Shown piece after piece: positions 7,453-16,474 of a DNA stretch of 41,101 nt. Source of the DNA: a virus (Duplodnaviria > Caudoviricetes); the IMG/VR virus record IMGVR_UViG_3300048858_000041, positions 1 to 41,101 of that record; one strand, given 5' to 3'. A program made the position numbers and the translations under genes. The notes under the pieces are model-generated. The model did no database searches and had not been told where the DNA came from. It saw nothing but the letters and a program-made list of their open reading frames with translations. The first letter of the stretch is position 1. Each line of letters begins with the position of its first letter.

Positions 7453-8001
7453 GTGCCGATCTCACGACCACGCCCGGCACGCGCCGGGTCTGTGCGCGTC
7501 GCCGCTTGGCAGCGTCAGCGCCTTGGCGATGCCGACCGGCGCCGCATCATGGAAGCCGCGCGCCGCCTGGAGCGGCGCAGCCACCAGCCGGGGATGCACG
7601 GCGGCGCCCTGCGCCGTACCGGCATCCTGGTGCTCTGGGCCCTGCTTTACCGCGGGCCATCCCGGCATGGTGTCTGTGACCCCAGCATCGGCCAGCTGGC
7701 GGCCTGGTCCGGCTGCGCCCGCTCCACCGTGCAGCTCGCCCTGCAGCGCATCGAGGCCGCCGGCATCATGGGGCATGTCCGGCGCGGCGTGGTCGCCGCA
7801 GGCCGCTGGTGCCAGTGGACCAGCGCCTACCTCTTCGCCAGCCCGGAGCAGTGGGCCGTAAGCGAAACCGAGGCGCGGTCAGCCGAAGTCTCTATGGATA
7901 AAAAGAAGGCTAGGGAGAAGGCGAGGGGAGGAGAGGGGAGCGCCCTGCCAGCGGCCGAGCACCAGGCGCTGGCGGCGAAATGGGGGCTGGAGATGGCCTA
8001 G
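7453..8001 (+). CDS. HTH-type plasmid replication initiator (Rep) candidate
   Basis: AGGAGG RBS; G.L.RTGILVLWALL...GVCDPSIGQLAAWSGCARSTVQLALQRIEAAGIM..VRR...QWTSAY resembles winged-HTH Reps of small alphaproteobacterial plasmids; divergent from parA. Confidence 0.7.
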   Translation: MPISRPRPARAGSVRVAAWQRQRLGDADRRRIMEAARRLERRSHQPGMHGGALRRTGILVLWALLYRGPSRHGVCDPSIGQLAAWSGCARSTVQLALQRIEAAGIMGHVRRGVVAAGRWCQWTSAYLFASPEQWAVSETEARSAEVSMDKKKAREKARGGEGSALPAAEHQALAAKWGLEMA

Positions 8002-8264
8002 CGCGGCGCGCGCTGCGGCGGCAGCGGCCAGACATAGGGCGCCGGCAGATCCCCGTGATCCAGCCAGCGATCGATGACGGGGAACCAGCTGTCGTAATGC
8101 CCCAGCGTCTTATCGTGCAGCGGGTGCCCCGGCATCAGCAGCCGGTTGCACACGCCCCAGGAGCGGACGGTGGCGCCGCGGTATTCCCAGATCGTCCATT
8201 CGCCCTCTTTGCCAAGAGCACGGGGTTCGTGGTGCGGGATCAGATCGGGGGATTGCTCAGGCAT
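7998..8264 (-). CDS. hypothetical protein
   Basis: Trp-rich 88-aa ORF convergent with rep. Confidence 0.5.
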   Translation of the reverse strand: MPEQSPDLIPHHEPRALGKEGEWTIWEYRGATVRSWGVCNRLLMPGHPLHDKTLGHYDSWFPVIDRWLDHGDLPAPYVWPLPPQRAPR

Positions 8265-8472
8265 GCAGCGGATCTAGCGCGGGGCAGGGCAGGGGTCACG
8301 CGCCGCCACATTGCGGCAAGCCCGGCCGGGGGCTTTAGCAGGGAACGATAAGCCAGCGTTATCGCGCCCAGGGGCAAGGCTTGTGCTCAGTGGCCCCTCA
8401 GCGACGTTCTTGTCGCGGGCTAAGATTCAGGCTCCCATAGCGAGACCTGAATCCCGCCTGCGAAGGGCCATT

Positions 8473-9054
8473 ATGTTCGACGACGGATTGCGATTTGTTT
8501 GGGACATCGATGCGCTCACCAAGATCAGCGCCAACCCTACGCCCCAGCATCTGCTAGATGCATCGGTCATTCTCCGCCGCCTTCTAATCGATGACTCGCC
8601 CCTAATAGGCAGAATGGCATCCCGAACTGGCTTGGGCCTGAAATTCCGGATTTTCTCCGGAAACGCGCAGAGTGACTTTCAAGAATTAGCGGAAGACCTC
8701 ATGAGTATAGCGGACTTGCAATACTTTGGCGTCAATCCAAACCCTGGAATTTTCGGCGAAAAATATGCCGAAGAACACGGATTGGAAGTAAATCTAGACA
8801 AGTTTCTCAAAACGCCCATGAAGTTTGTTCACGGCAAAACCATCACTGTCTATGAGTTGATCCACTATGTGGCCAATGTTGGAGGAGGCGCCCACCAGGG
8901 GAAGCCTGGCGCGAAGCGGAATGCTGAGCTCATTCATCAGACCGCCAATATGTTGATAATCGACGGGAGTCCTTATCCGCTCGACGCGCTTCGTGCGATT
9001 ATATCGATCACAGTTACGGCGGCGCAATCGATCTATGAGCGGCTGCGGGCCTGA
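8473..9054 (+). CDS. low-GC accessory protein, possible HEPN-like defence factor
   Basis: Lower GC than its flanks; LRRLLIDD and LIHYVANVGGGAH motifs; opposite orientation to the late operon. Confidence 0.65.
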   Translation: MFDDGLRFVWDIDALTKISANPTPQHLLDASVILRRLLIDDSPLIGRMASRTGLGLKFRIFSGNAQSDFQELAEDLMSIADLQYFGVNPNPGIFGEKYAEEHGLEVNLDKFLKTPMKFVHGKTITVYELIHYVANVGGGAHQGKPGAKRNAELIHQTANMLIIDGSPYPLDALRAIISITVTAAQSIYERLRA

Positions 9055-9262
9055 GATCACCATCAGGCACCCAGAGCACGTCAGGCAGGCCCCATTCTTC
9101 GGGGATTCTCATCGCCCACTCGCCGGCATACGCGTGGTCGTTATCCAGGCGCCACAGCGCCTCGAAAGTTCCTTCAGCACCAATAAAGGGTATGGCGCTA
9201 GGTTTTAGATCGCATCGCACCCGTGGCTCAAACACGGCATGGAGTTGCTGACCGGGAATCAT
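9014..9262 (-). CDS. hypothetical protein
   Basis: GTGAGGG RBS-like sequence; ATGA-coupled to the upstream fragment. Confidence 0.5.
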   Translation of the reverse strand: MIPGQQLHAVFEPRVRCDLKPSAIPFIGAEGTFEALWRLDNDHAYAGEWAMRIPEEWGLPDVLWVPDGDLRPAAAHRSIAPP

Positions 9263-9345
9263 GCCCTCACCACAGCAGCTGCCTTCGCGGCGTGAAACCG
9301 CGCCAGTCGATCTGCAAGGCCATTGGCGCCACCGTTGATGATCAT
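9259..9345 (-). pseudogene. C-terminal remnant of a GH19 (chitinase-like) endolysin
   Basis: Translates MIINGGANGLADRLARFHAAKAAAVVRA, matching the GH19 endolysin C-terminal INGGxNGLxDR motif; in-frame TAG a few codons upstream. Confidence 0.6.
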
Positions 9346-9479
9346 GGAAAGTCGCTCTCCGTCGGCATCACGCTAGCCCCAAGATCCTGCTCCTTATCCA
9401 GCGTCATGTGCCCTCCAAAATTATCATGCCGGCGAGCGGTTAACCCTTATGTCGCGGTGACCTGACGCAGCGCCCCACT

Positions 9480-9668
9480 TTACCAACCGCAGAGCCGCGA
9501 CCCAGTCTCATTGTGGACCAGGATCTCCCTGGCGGTGCCATTCGTCAGCTGGTCCGCCCGGCTGATCAGAATCGGCCGCCAGGGGCCGCAGACATCAATC
9601 CCGGCTCCACCGCTCGCGCAGCTCGGCAACAGGATCAGGCTTGCGAGCCACCACACGCTCCACCGCAT
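9480..9668 (-). CDS. o-spanin (Rz1-like lipoprotein)
   Basis: MRWSVWWLASLILLPS-C lipobox; overlaps the i-spanin in another frame; C..W.PI..S..D.LT..T...I..HN...C pattern. Confidence 0.8.
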   Translation of the reverse strand: MRWSVWWLASLILLPSCASGGAGIDVCGPWRPILISRADQLTNGTAREILVHNETGSRLCGW

Positions 9669-9828
9669 CGCGGGTCTCCCTGGATCTGAGTTCTGCCTCG
9701 ACCGCCCGCGTGCGGGCACTGGCGGTGCCCGCGGCGCGGCCCCGCCACCAGGCGGCGCCCACCACGCCCAGCACAGCCCCCGCGCCGGCAACCCAGCCAC
9801 CGACGCGGGACCAGAGCCCGGCGATCAC
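9595..9828 (-). CDS. i-spanin (Rz-like)
   Basis: GTG overlapping the endolysin stop; N-terminal TM followed by a helical segment ending WSRD. Confidence 0.75.
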   Translation of the reverse strand: MIAGLWSRVGGWVAGAGAVLGVVGAAWWRGRAAGTASARTRAVEAELRSRETRDAVERVVARKPDPVAELRERWSRD

Positions 9829-10487
9829 ACCGGCGCACTCCGGCGCTGCGTCAGGACCACCGCCACGGCGACGGCCGCGACGGCGATAACCGCCGCCACG
9901 CCGACCCATTGCGGCAGGCCAGCCACCGCCTGGATCGCCGGCGCGGCGGCGGAGGCGGCGGCCGCCACAGACGCCACGGACAGTGCCGCCTTGCCCTCGC
10001 CGGTTGTCGCAGCCGCCGCGATCGTCGGCACCGGCCTGACCAGCCCCGCCAGCCGCAGCCCAGCCTCGATCGTCGCCGAGGCGTAAGGCATACCCCCCAG
10101 CTCGTGAGTGATGATCGCCTCCACCAGGCCGCGCATGTCGTCATAGCGATGCAGATTGAGGATCGCGGTCTCGGACTTGCCCATCAGGTCCGCCACATGC
10201 GCGGCATAAGCGGAGGTCTGATTCTCCACCGGGGGCGCCCAGCGGTTGACGATCTCGCGGACGGTCCGCAGACCGTGCCGGTCCTGATATGTGGTAAGGA
10301 GCATCGCCAGGGCGCGGATGCCGTACTCATGTGAGCTGAAGACAGCGAAGCGGCCATTGGCTCCGGCTTCCTTGCCCACTTGGCCCTGCCACTTGTTCGA
10401 GCTGCTGTAATCGATGTTGCCCGGGTTCTTATTCCGATAGCCGCGCGAAGTACGCGCGCGGGCGGAAGCGGTGCTGGCGGTTGCCAT
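9825..10487 (-). CDS. endolysin candidate (lysozyme-like RNxNPGNI family) with C-terminal hydrophobic segments
   Basis: RGYRNKNPGNI...FAVF...GIRAL...RWAPPVENQTSAY...AIITHE; located just before the spanins. Confidence 0.8.
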   Translation of the reverse strand: MATASTASARARTSRGYRNKNPGNIDYSSSNKWQGQVGKEAGANGRFAVFSSHEYGIRALAMLLTTYQDRHGLRTVREIVNRWAPPVENQTSAYAAHVADLMGKSETAILNLHRYDDMRGLVEAIITHELGGMPYASATIEAGLRLAGLVRPVPTIAAAATTGEGKAALSVASVAAAASAAAPAIQAVAGLPQWVGVAAVIAVAAVAVAVVLTQRRSAPV

Positions 10488-10537
10488 CCGTCCATCTCCA
10501 GTAATGAGGGTTTGCCGGGATTCCGTCCCGGCGGCGG

Positions 10538-12364
10538 TTATGCGGCGGGCGCGATGCTCAGGAAGGGGTCGCGGGTATAATCGCCGGGCTGGGTGAACGG
10601 AGCGCCCTGTTGCGGCAGAGCATCAAACCAGCGCCGCGCTTCGGCGTCATTGAAGAGTTCGGCATAGCCGGCGAGCGTCCAACGCCCCCACTGTGCATAG
10701 TCGCCTTCGGTGTGGCCCCACCCATCTCCGTTTGACCATTCCCATTCCTGGGTCTTCGCCTTCACTTCCGCCCAGGTCGTGAAGTCGCGGCCGGTATCGG
10801 GATCATTGATCGCGATCAGGTAGGCAACCGCGTCATGGCCCAGCTTTTCAAAGCGACCCACCAGGAAGTTCCGCGCCCATTCAAGGAAGGTCCGGGCGTG
10901 CGGATTGCCACGTCGCGCCGATGCAATGGCGGTGGAAGCGAAGTAGTCCTGCTGCCAAGGCGGCAGCGCGCCATTCGTGCCGTACTCCCCAGGCAGCCAG
11001 CCATGCACCTCGCCCTGCATCTCCGTCCACGCCGGGAGTTGCTCCACGATCCAGGACCAGTTGGCTTCGGAGGCCTGACTGAAGTAGGCGCGCTCGGCGC
11101 TCCCCTCCGGGCTGGCCCAAGCGGCCTCATCGATCTGCCGCAGCCCCCAGGCCGCACCGCGCACCTGATTGTGCTGGACCACCAGCGTGTCGCTGGCACC
11201 GCGGAGATCAGCCCACTGGGCGACGATATTCCAAGCCGCCTGCGCCTGCAGGTTATCAAGGAAGGCGCGACGCCCGGTCAGCAAGTAGGCGATGAAGGAG
11301 GAGTCGGGCTGGTGCGCAGTGTCGAGCTCCCAGCCCACTTCGTCCGGCGAGGGCACCGGCTGAAGGAGGGTGCCGCCCGCTTGGCCTGCACCACGCGGGT
11401 CGGTCCAGAGGCGCGGGTGGTCAGTGATGCGCAGCCAACAGCCATGCTCGGCATCCCAATGATGCCATGGGATCGTTCCCGCCGCTTCGGCCTGGCCGAT
11501 GACGTAGGCACGCATGCGCGGGTCTCGGGAGATGAGCGCGGCCGCCAGCGGCGCCGTCGCGGGGCCGATGTCGCCCCGGCCGCCTACGCCGGGCATGTAG
11601 TATGTCAGGCCACGAGGAGAGAAGGGGTCGCTGCCCCAGGAGGGCTCGCTCATAGCCGCGACATAGCGAGCCAGCACATCCGCATCGACCGAGCCCGCAT
11701 AGTTGGCCACACCCGCCGCCCGCAGCGTTGCCGCATCGGGCCATGGCAACTCCGGCAGAGGCCCCGTGCTCAGCAGCCGACCCCACCCGCGATACTGGTG
11801 GTGCTTTGCCACATCTTGGCGCCGCCCCTCCTGCCCATCCAGCACCACGCGCACCGAGTAGCTGGCTGGGCCGCCGCCATCCCGCATGGCGATGTCATTC
11901 CGCAGCCACACGTCAGCCCATGGCACGCCGCTGCTGGCCTTGCCCCAGTCCACGACGACGCGCAGCGACGTGCAGCCAGCATAGTCGGCCGGCACCTCAG
12001 CCGTGGTGCGCCACTGATCCCCGTACGGGCCAGGCCAGGGGCCCACCGCCGGCACGACCGCCAGGTCGAGCGTCCAAACCCATCCGTTGGTGCCCGTAAT
12101 CTCGACCAGGTTGGCGCCCAGCGTCGGCGTGACGACGATCGGCGGGGAAGGCTGGGGGCTGGGGTCCTGCGTGACCGGCGGGGCAGTCTCGACCGGCACC
12201 GCAGGCTCGGGCGAGCTCTCCACCGGAATTGTCTGAGCGGGCAAAAGGCGCTCCAGCAGCGCGCGCTGGGCCTGCTGTTCGGTCGCGATCGGCGCCAGTA
12301 GATCGGCCAGCACAGAGCGCAGCCAAGCATCCAGCGCCGAGGCGCCGACTGATGGTTCGGTCAT
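10538..12364 (-). CDS. large enzyme-like protein, probable alpha/alpha-toroid carbohydrate-active domain behind a Pro-rich linker
   Basis: GGAGG RBS; YMPGVGGRGDIGP, WELDTAHQP..S..AYLLTG, QVRGAAWGLR and PWQQDY motifs; Trp-rich. Confidence 0.7.
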   Translation of the reverse strand: MTEPSVGASALDAWLRSVLADLLAPIATEQQAQRALLERLLPAQTIPVESSPEPAVPVETAPPVTQDPSPQPSPPIVVTPTLGANLVEITGTNGWVWTLDLAVVPAVGPWPGPYGDQWRTTAEVPADYAGCTSLRVVVDWGKASSGVPWADVWLRNDIAMRDGGGPASYSVRVVLDGQEGRRQDVAKHHQYRGWGRLLSTGPLPELPWPDAATLRAAGVANYAGSVDADVLARYVAAMSEPSWGSDPFSPRGLTYYMPGVGGRGDIGPATAPLAAALISRDPRMRAYVIGQAEAAGTIPWHHWDAEHGCWLRITDHPRLWTDPRGAGQAGGTLLQPVPSPDEVGWELDTAHQPDSSFIAYLLTGRRAFLDNLQAQAAWNIVAQWADLRGASDTLVVQHNQVRGAAWGLRQIDEAAWASPEGSAERAYFSQASEANWSWIVEQLPAWTEMQGEVHGWLPGEYGTNGALPPWQQDYFASTAIASARRGNPHARTFLEWARNFLVGRFEKLGHDAVAYLIAINDPDTGRDFTTWAEVKAKTQEWEWSNGDGWGHTEGDYAQWGRWTLAGYAELFNDAEARRWFDALPQQGAPFTQPGDYTRDPFLSIAPAA

Positions 12365-12409
12365 AAAACCTCCAATTGTGGGATGTGCCGGCTGATGGCC
12401 GGCGGCGGT

Positions 12410-12886
12410 TCAGTCGGGCTCAGTGCCTGGAGGCAGCGCCAGCGGCTTTAGCTCGGGCGGCGGCTGCCAGTTCTCGACGGTCTCCATGCTCGGCACGTTA
12501 AGCGGGAAGTCCGGCAGATCCTGGTGATAGTGCCCGGCGGCGAAGGCAATTTGCAGCCAGCCGGCAACGCGGTGACGCATCCAGTGCGCGTAACGGTCCA
12601 TCGCGCGGAGCTTCATCCATCCTCGGTCGCGATCCAGCGCCGTCACCCGGTGCGCCTCGCGTTCCTCGCGCAACTGCTTGCGCGCATCCTCCAACTCTTC
12701 TCGCATCTGCTTGAAGAGCGCAGCTTGTTCAGCAGATAGCGCGGCACGCTGCGCGGCGAGGTTGGTTGCGTCCGCGCTGCTGTACGATGTCCACCAGCGG
12801 AACAGCGCAATCCCCAGCAGCAGGACAGCCATGGCACCAGGCCCCAGGAAGGCCGCCAATGGCTCCAGCAACTTCTCCGCCGGCAT
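12410..12886 (-). CDS. membrane protein with N-terminal TM and coiled coil (holin/antiholin region)
   Basis: AFLGPGAMAVLLLGIALFRWW followed by a heptad-rich segment. Confidence 0.7.
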   Translation of the reverse strand: MPAEKLLEPLAAFLGPGAMAVLLLGIALFRWWTSYSSADATNLAAQRAALSAEQAALFKQMREELEDARKQLREEREAHRVTALDRDRGWMKLRAMDRYAHWMRHRVAGWLQIAFAAGHYHQDLPDFPLNVPSMETVENWQPPPELKPLALPPGTEPD

Positions 12887-13315
12887 TCATCCGTCATCCT
12901 GTAGGAGCGAAAGCACGGCGTAACTACTCAGCCCTGCATAGCCGAGATACACCGGCACGAGCTGATGAAAGCCGCGGTCAATCGCCAAGGCCCACGCCAG
13001 AGCGCCCCACATCACGAACATGCAGCCGGCACAGCCCCATCGCACCCAGCGCGATGACACGGGCCATCGGGGCGCCGAGAGCAATGCGCCGAGCTGCACT
13101 AAGCTGACTGCCGCCGCGATGCCGTACAACGCCGAGGCCGGCGCCACGCGCGTCAGCACCTGCATGCTGAGCAGCATTGGCGAGTCCGGAACACCCAACC
13201 AACCCGCAGCCGTCCAAACGAAAACCACGGTGGATGTGGCAAATTCGCCGATCCATCCGGTGTTCCGGCGGATGAAGAGCCGTATCAGCGCGAGCAGCGA
13301 CCGGATGCGGCTCAT
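12887..13315 (-). CDS. multi-TM holin-like protein
   Basis: About four hydrophobic segments; first gene of the lysis region. Confidence 0.65.
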   Translation of the reverse strand: MSRIRSLLALIRLFIRRNTGWIGEFATSTVVFVWTAAGWLGVPDSPMLLSMQVLTRVAPASALYGIAAAVSLVQLGALLSAPRWPVSSRWVRWGCAGCMFVMWGALAWALAIDRGFHQLVPVYLGYAGLSSYAVLSLLQDDG

Positions 13316-14079
13316 TTGACCGAAGCGCCGCGACCCAGCCCGCGCACCATGCTACGCCGCCGCACTCCCAGCAGTTCCGCCGGAGAGAGATAGCGGGGGA
13401 ACACGATTGCCTCCTCCAGCTCCGGCGCCGAGTTAGTGAAGGTCGCTGTCGTGTAATAGCCATTGCCGAACGCGACTTTATTGACCGTGTTCACAGTCTT
13501 CGCGGCAGGATGCACGGTGCTGACAGGAGCCGCCGGACCGATCATCGTGGTGTAAGTCTTGTTTGCCCCATCTTCAGATAGGGCAAGGAAGCAAAGATCG
13601 CCGACCGCGACACCGTCGGGCCAATCAAACATCAGGTTTGGCTGGCCGCCGACCACGAAGGTCACCTTGCCACTGTAGAAGCTGATGCAGCTGCCGGCGG
13701 CCCCCTGAAGGGCGCCAGCGAAGATGTGTCCGGCAGTCGACGGCCGACGCGCCACGACACACAGTGTTTGCTGGAGGGCATCGGCAAACGGGGTCACCAG
13801 CGCTTTGCCGCCCTGCGTACCGGCAGCGACCGTGCCGCCTGGGCTGGTGATGATCGCCGTGTTCGGCGTGTACGCCACCCCACCGATCGCACCAGCCCCC
13901 AAGACCAAGGCAACCGCGTGCATCTCGTCTACGAGGGATGCAGAGCCAGGACCAAACAGCCAGTGCCCGCCGGCATCAACCTCCAGCCCGGCAGGGATAT
14001 ACGGCCGGATCGCCGACACAGGCACCGTCGGCAGATCTTTGCGGGTCAGAGTACCCGGCGAGTAGAAAGCAGCGCCCAT
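13312..14079 (-). CDS. tail-associated beta-sandwich (LamG/concanavalin-like) protein
   Basis: AAGGAG RBS before ATG 14079; GHWLFG... and EEAIVFPRYLSPAEL end pattern; follows the esterase gene. Confidence 0.65.
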   Translation of the reverse strand: MGAAFYSPGTLTRKDLPTVPVSAIRPYIPAGLEVDAGGHWLFGPGSASLVDEMHAVALVLGAGAIGGVAYTPNTAIITSPGGTVAAGTQGGKALVTPFADALQQTLCVVARRPSTAGHIFAGALQGAAGSCISFYSGKVTFVVGGQPNLMFDWPDGVAVGDLCFLALSEDGANKTYTTMIGPAAPVSTVHPAAKTVNTVNKVAFGNGYYTTATFTNSAPELEEAIVFPRYLSPAELLGVRRRSMVRGLGRGASVK

Positions 14080-14089
14080 TGTGATCTCC

Positions 14090-16471
14090 TTATCCAAGAG
14101 CGGCGATGGCCTGCTCGAAAGCAGGCAGCCAGTTATAGAGAGGCCGAACGTCGCCGGAGGCGGCGTCGATAATTGCGGTGGCGGGGTCGCTGTCACGGAC
14201 GTTGCCGGAGGCGCCAGTCGAGATCGACATGCCATCCCCAAGGTAGTCCAGGCCGTAGCGCAGCCTCGGATTTGCGCCGAGTGGCCGCGCCAGGGTGCCC
14301 GTGACCCTGTCGGCGACAGCCTTAATGTCCGCCAGCGCGACATCTCCGCCATCATCCACGACCCGGAAGCCGTACTGTGTGGCGGCGCCGACGCTGTGGA
14401 CATCGATCCTCACCGGCAGCCAGGGCGGTGACAGCTGAACCGTCAGGGATGTGCCCACGGCTGTGGCAGACACGATATCGAAGCGCACAGGCCGAACCTT
14501 ATCGAGTGCGATCTGCTTTGCGAGCTTGCCCATCTGAGCCCCCAACCACTTGGAGGACTCGCCGGTCAGGTGCAGGCCGTCCGGCGCGCGGGGCAGATGG
14601 TAGATGGGGCCGGCCAGGATGATCCGAGGATCCCGCCTCGCCGCATCCAGCTGGCCAAGCGCAGTGCCGGTAGAGATCTTGATCCGGCTGGTAGTCTGGT
14701 AGGTCAGCATATACAGCGGCGTATTCTGCCCCGTTGCAGCCTGCGCCTCAGTCTCAGCATCCCGCCGCAGCTGGATCAGATCCTCGGTGTAAGCGCCCTG
14801 CCCCTTGCCATTGGCCGCATCAGTCTCGCCCTGCACCCACGGCATGAAGTTCCATGCAAAGCTCCTGCCCTGGGCGGCGAACAGTGCCGGCGCCTCGGCC
14901 AGGTGATCAGACAGAACCCTGTACCAGGCGGACCCCTTTTTTAGCTGGTTGATCGTGTAGCCGTCATGACCCGGCGCGGATGCAAACACCACCGCCTGTG
15001 CCGCAGTCAGCCCGTTCTCCCGGATCGCCAGCGCAGTGTAGGAATTCGCCGCACCTGAACATGGGGTTTCGCCATGCACCTGGTCGTCATTGACGTACCC
15101 ATAGAGCGAATTCTCCACCAGCGGCGCCAGAGCACCCGTGCCTGGATTGGAGCCCGTAGACCCGTCCTTGGTAGATCGCGGACCAGCCGAGAATGTCAGA
15201 TTCTGATAAGGCTGCGAAACGGAGACGATCGAGGAATAGTAACCCTGCGACAGTGACTGTCCGTCCACGACCATGCCGCAGACCTCGGTCACGGCGACCT
15301 GCTCAGATGGCGCGAGGCCCTGGCGTGGTGCGCGCGTCGGCGTTGCGATGGATGTCAGAGTTTCGGGCCAGGCGCCCACCAACTCTTCCTTGACCGGATC
15401 GAAGCCCAGCACCACCGCATCACCAACAAACGCATAAGGCACCACCTCCGCAGAGAGAGTGGTGACAAGCTCGGCACCGGCCTCCATCACCTGCGCGGAA
15501 AGCGTGGCGGCGGCACTCAGTGCGCGCTGCGCCGTGGGGCTGTCAGGGAAGGCGCCGACGAGCGACTGCTTACTCGGGTCGTACCCGAGCACGATCGTCT
15601 CGCCGACGATCCCATAAGGCACCACATCGCCCGGCAGGTCGACCGCCACCAGGTTCGGCCCCGCGTCCTGCAGCTGCCCCGCGAAGTCGTGGACCGCCTG
15701 CACATCAGCAACCACCCGCCCGGTCGCGGTGTCGATATGAATGGGGATGACGACCGTGCCATCCGGGCGCGTGAGAGCGGCCAAGGCCAGCTTGCCGGGA
15801 AGGCTGGCTGGATCGATCTCAATCAGCGTGGGCATGCCGTCGGCGCCGGCCGCGCCACTTAGTCGGCGCTCAGCCTGCGCTATACGGCTGGTGACGCGCG
15901 GCAAGGCGGCGCTCTCATACTGCCAGCCGGTGTTGTCGGCCTTCCGGCGGTAATTGGCCCCCTCCGCCAAAACAGTGGCGAGCATCAGAGGCCGCAGAGG
16001 CTGCGGCGGGCTAGTACCGGGAATGCTGATCAGCGCATCCAGGTCCGGCTTGGTCAGCACGGTGATGGCCGACCCCGCCGCATTCGCGCTGCTGATCTCG
16101 GCCGCAGTCTCTGCCGCGACACGCGCCGCTTCGGCCCCTGCCCGCAGAGGTGCGACCGCCGCGGCTGAGGCGATGGCCCCGGCTGCGGCCGCCGCCCCCG
16201 CGTACTCATCAGTGACATCGGCAACAGTGACGCGATCAGCCGCAAGCCGGAAGGTGGCGACGCGCCCCAGATCCGGATCCGCCGTGACCGTGAAGAGCAT
16301 CCCCTCGGTCAACAGATTGGGCTCGTCAGCCAGGAAGGCCCGCAGCTGCGCCAGCGTGGCCACCACCTGCGGCGCACCGGCGATTTCCCGGCTCAGCGCG
16401 ATCGGGTGCCGGTCATCGCTGCTCGGCCGGCGCGCCGTGCTCGGCAGCAAGATGCCCGAATTATCGGCCAT
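14090..16471 (-). CDS. tail appendage protein with SGNH/SASA-type O-acetylesterase domain
   Basis: SGNH blocks GQSLSQG, WVQGETD and DGLHL; two internal ~45-aa repeats (VVPY..VG...VLG.DP....LVGA.P). Confidence 0.8.
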   Translation of the reverse strand: MADNSGILLPSTARRPSSDDRHPIALSREIAGAPQVVATLAQLRAFLADEPNLLTEGMLFTVTADPDLGRVATFRLAADRVTVADVTDEYAGAAAAAGAIASAAAVAPLRAGAEAARVAAETAAEISSANAAGSAITVLTKPDLDALISIPGTSPPQPLRPLMLATVLAEGANYRRKADNTGWQYESAALPRVTSRIAQAERRLSGAAGADGMPTLIEIDPASLPGKLALAALTRPDGTVVIPIHIDTATGRVVADVQAVHDFAGQLQDAGPNLVAVDLPGDVVPYGIVGETIVLGYDPSKQSLVGAFPDSPTAQRALSAAATLSAQVMEAGAELVTTLSAEVVPYAFVGDAVVLGFDPVKEELVGAWPETLTSIATPTRAPRQGLAPSEQVAVTEVCGMVVDGQSLSQGYYSSIVSVSQPYQNLTFSAGPRSTKDGSTGSNPGTGALAPLVENSLYGYVNDDQVHGETPCSGAANSYTALAIRENGLTAAQAVVFASAPGHDGYTINQLKKGSAWYRVLSDHLAEAPALFAAQGRSFAWNFMPWVQGETDAANGKGQGAYTEDLIQLRRDAETEAQAATGQNTPLYMLTYQTTSRIKISTGTALGQLDAARRDPRIILAGPIYHLPRAPDGLHLTGESSKWLGAQMGKLAKQIALDKVRPVRFDIVSATAVGTSLTVQLSPPWLPVRIDVHSVGAATQYGFRVVDDGGDVALADIKAVADRVTGTLARPLGANPRLRYGLDYLGDGMSISTGASGNVRDSDPATAIIDAASGDVRPLYNWLPAFEQAIAALG

Positions 16472-16474
16472 GCC

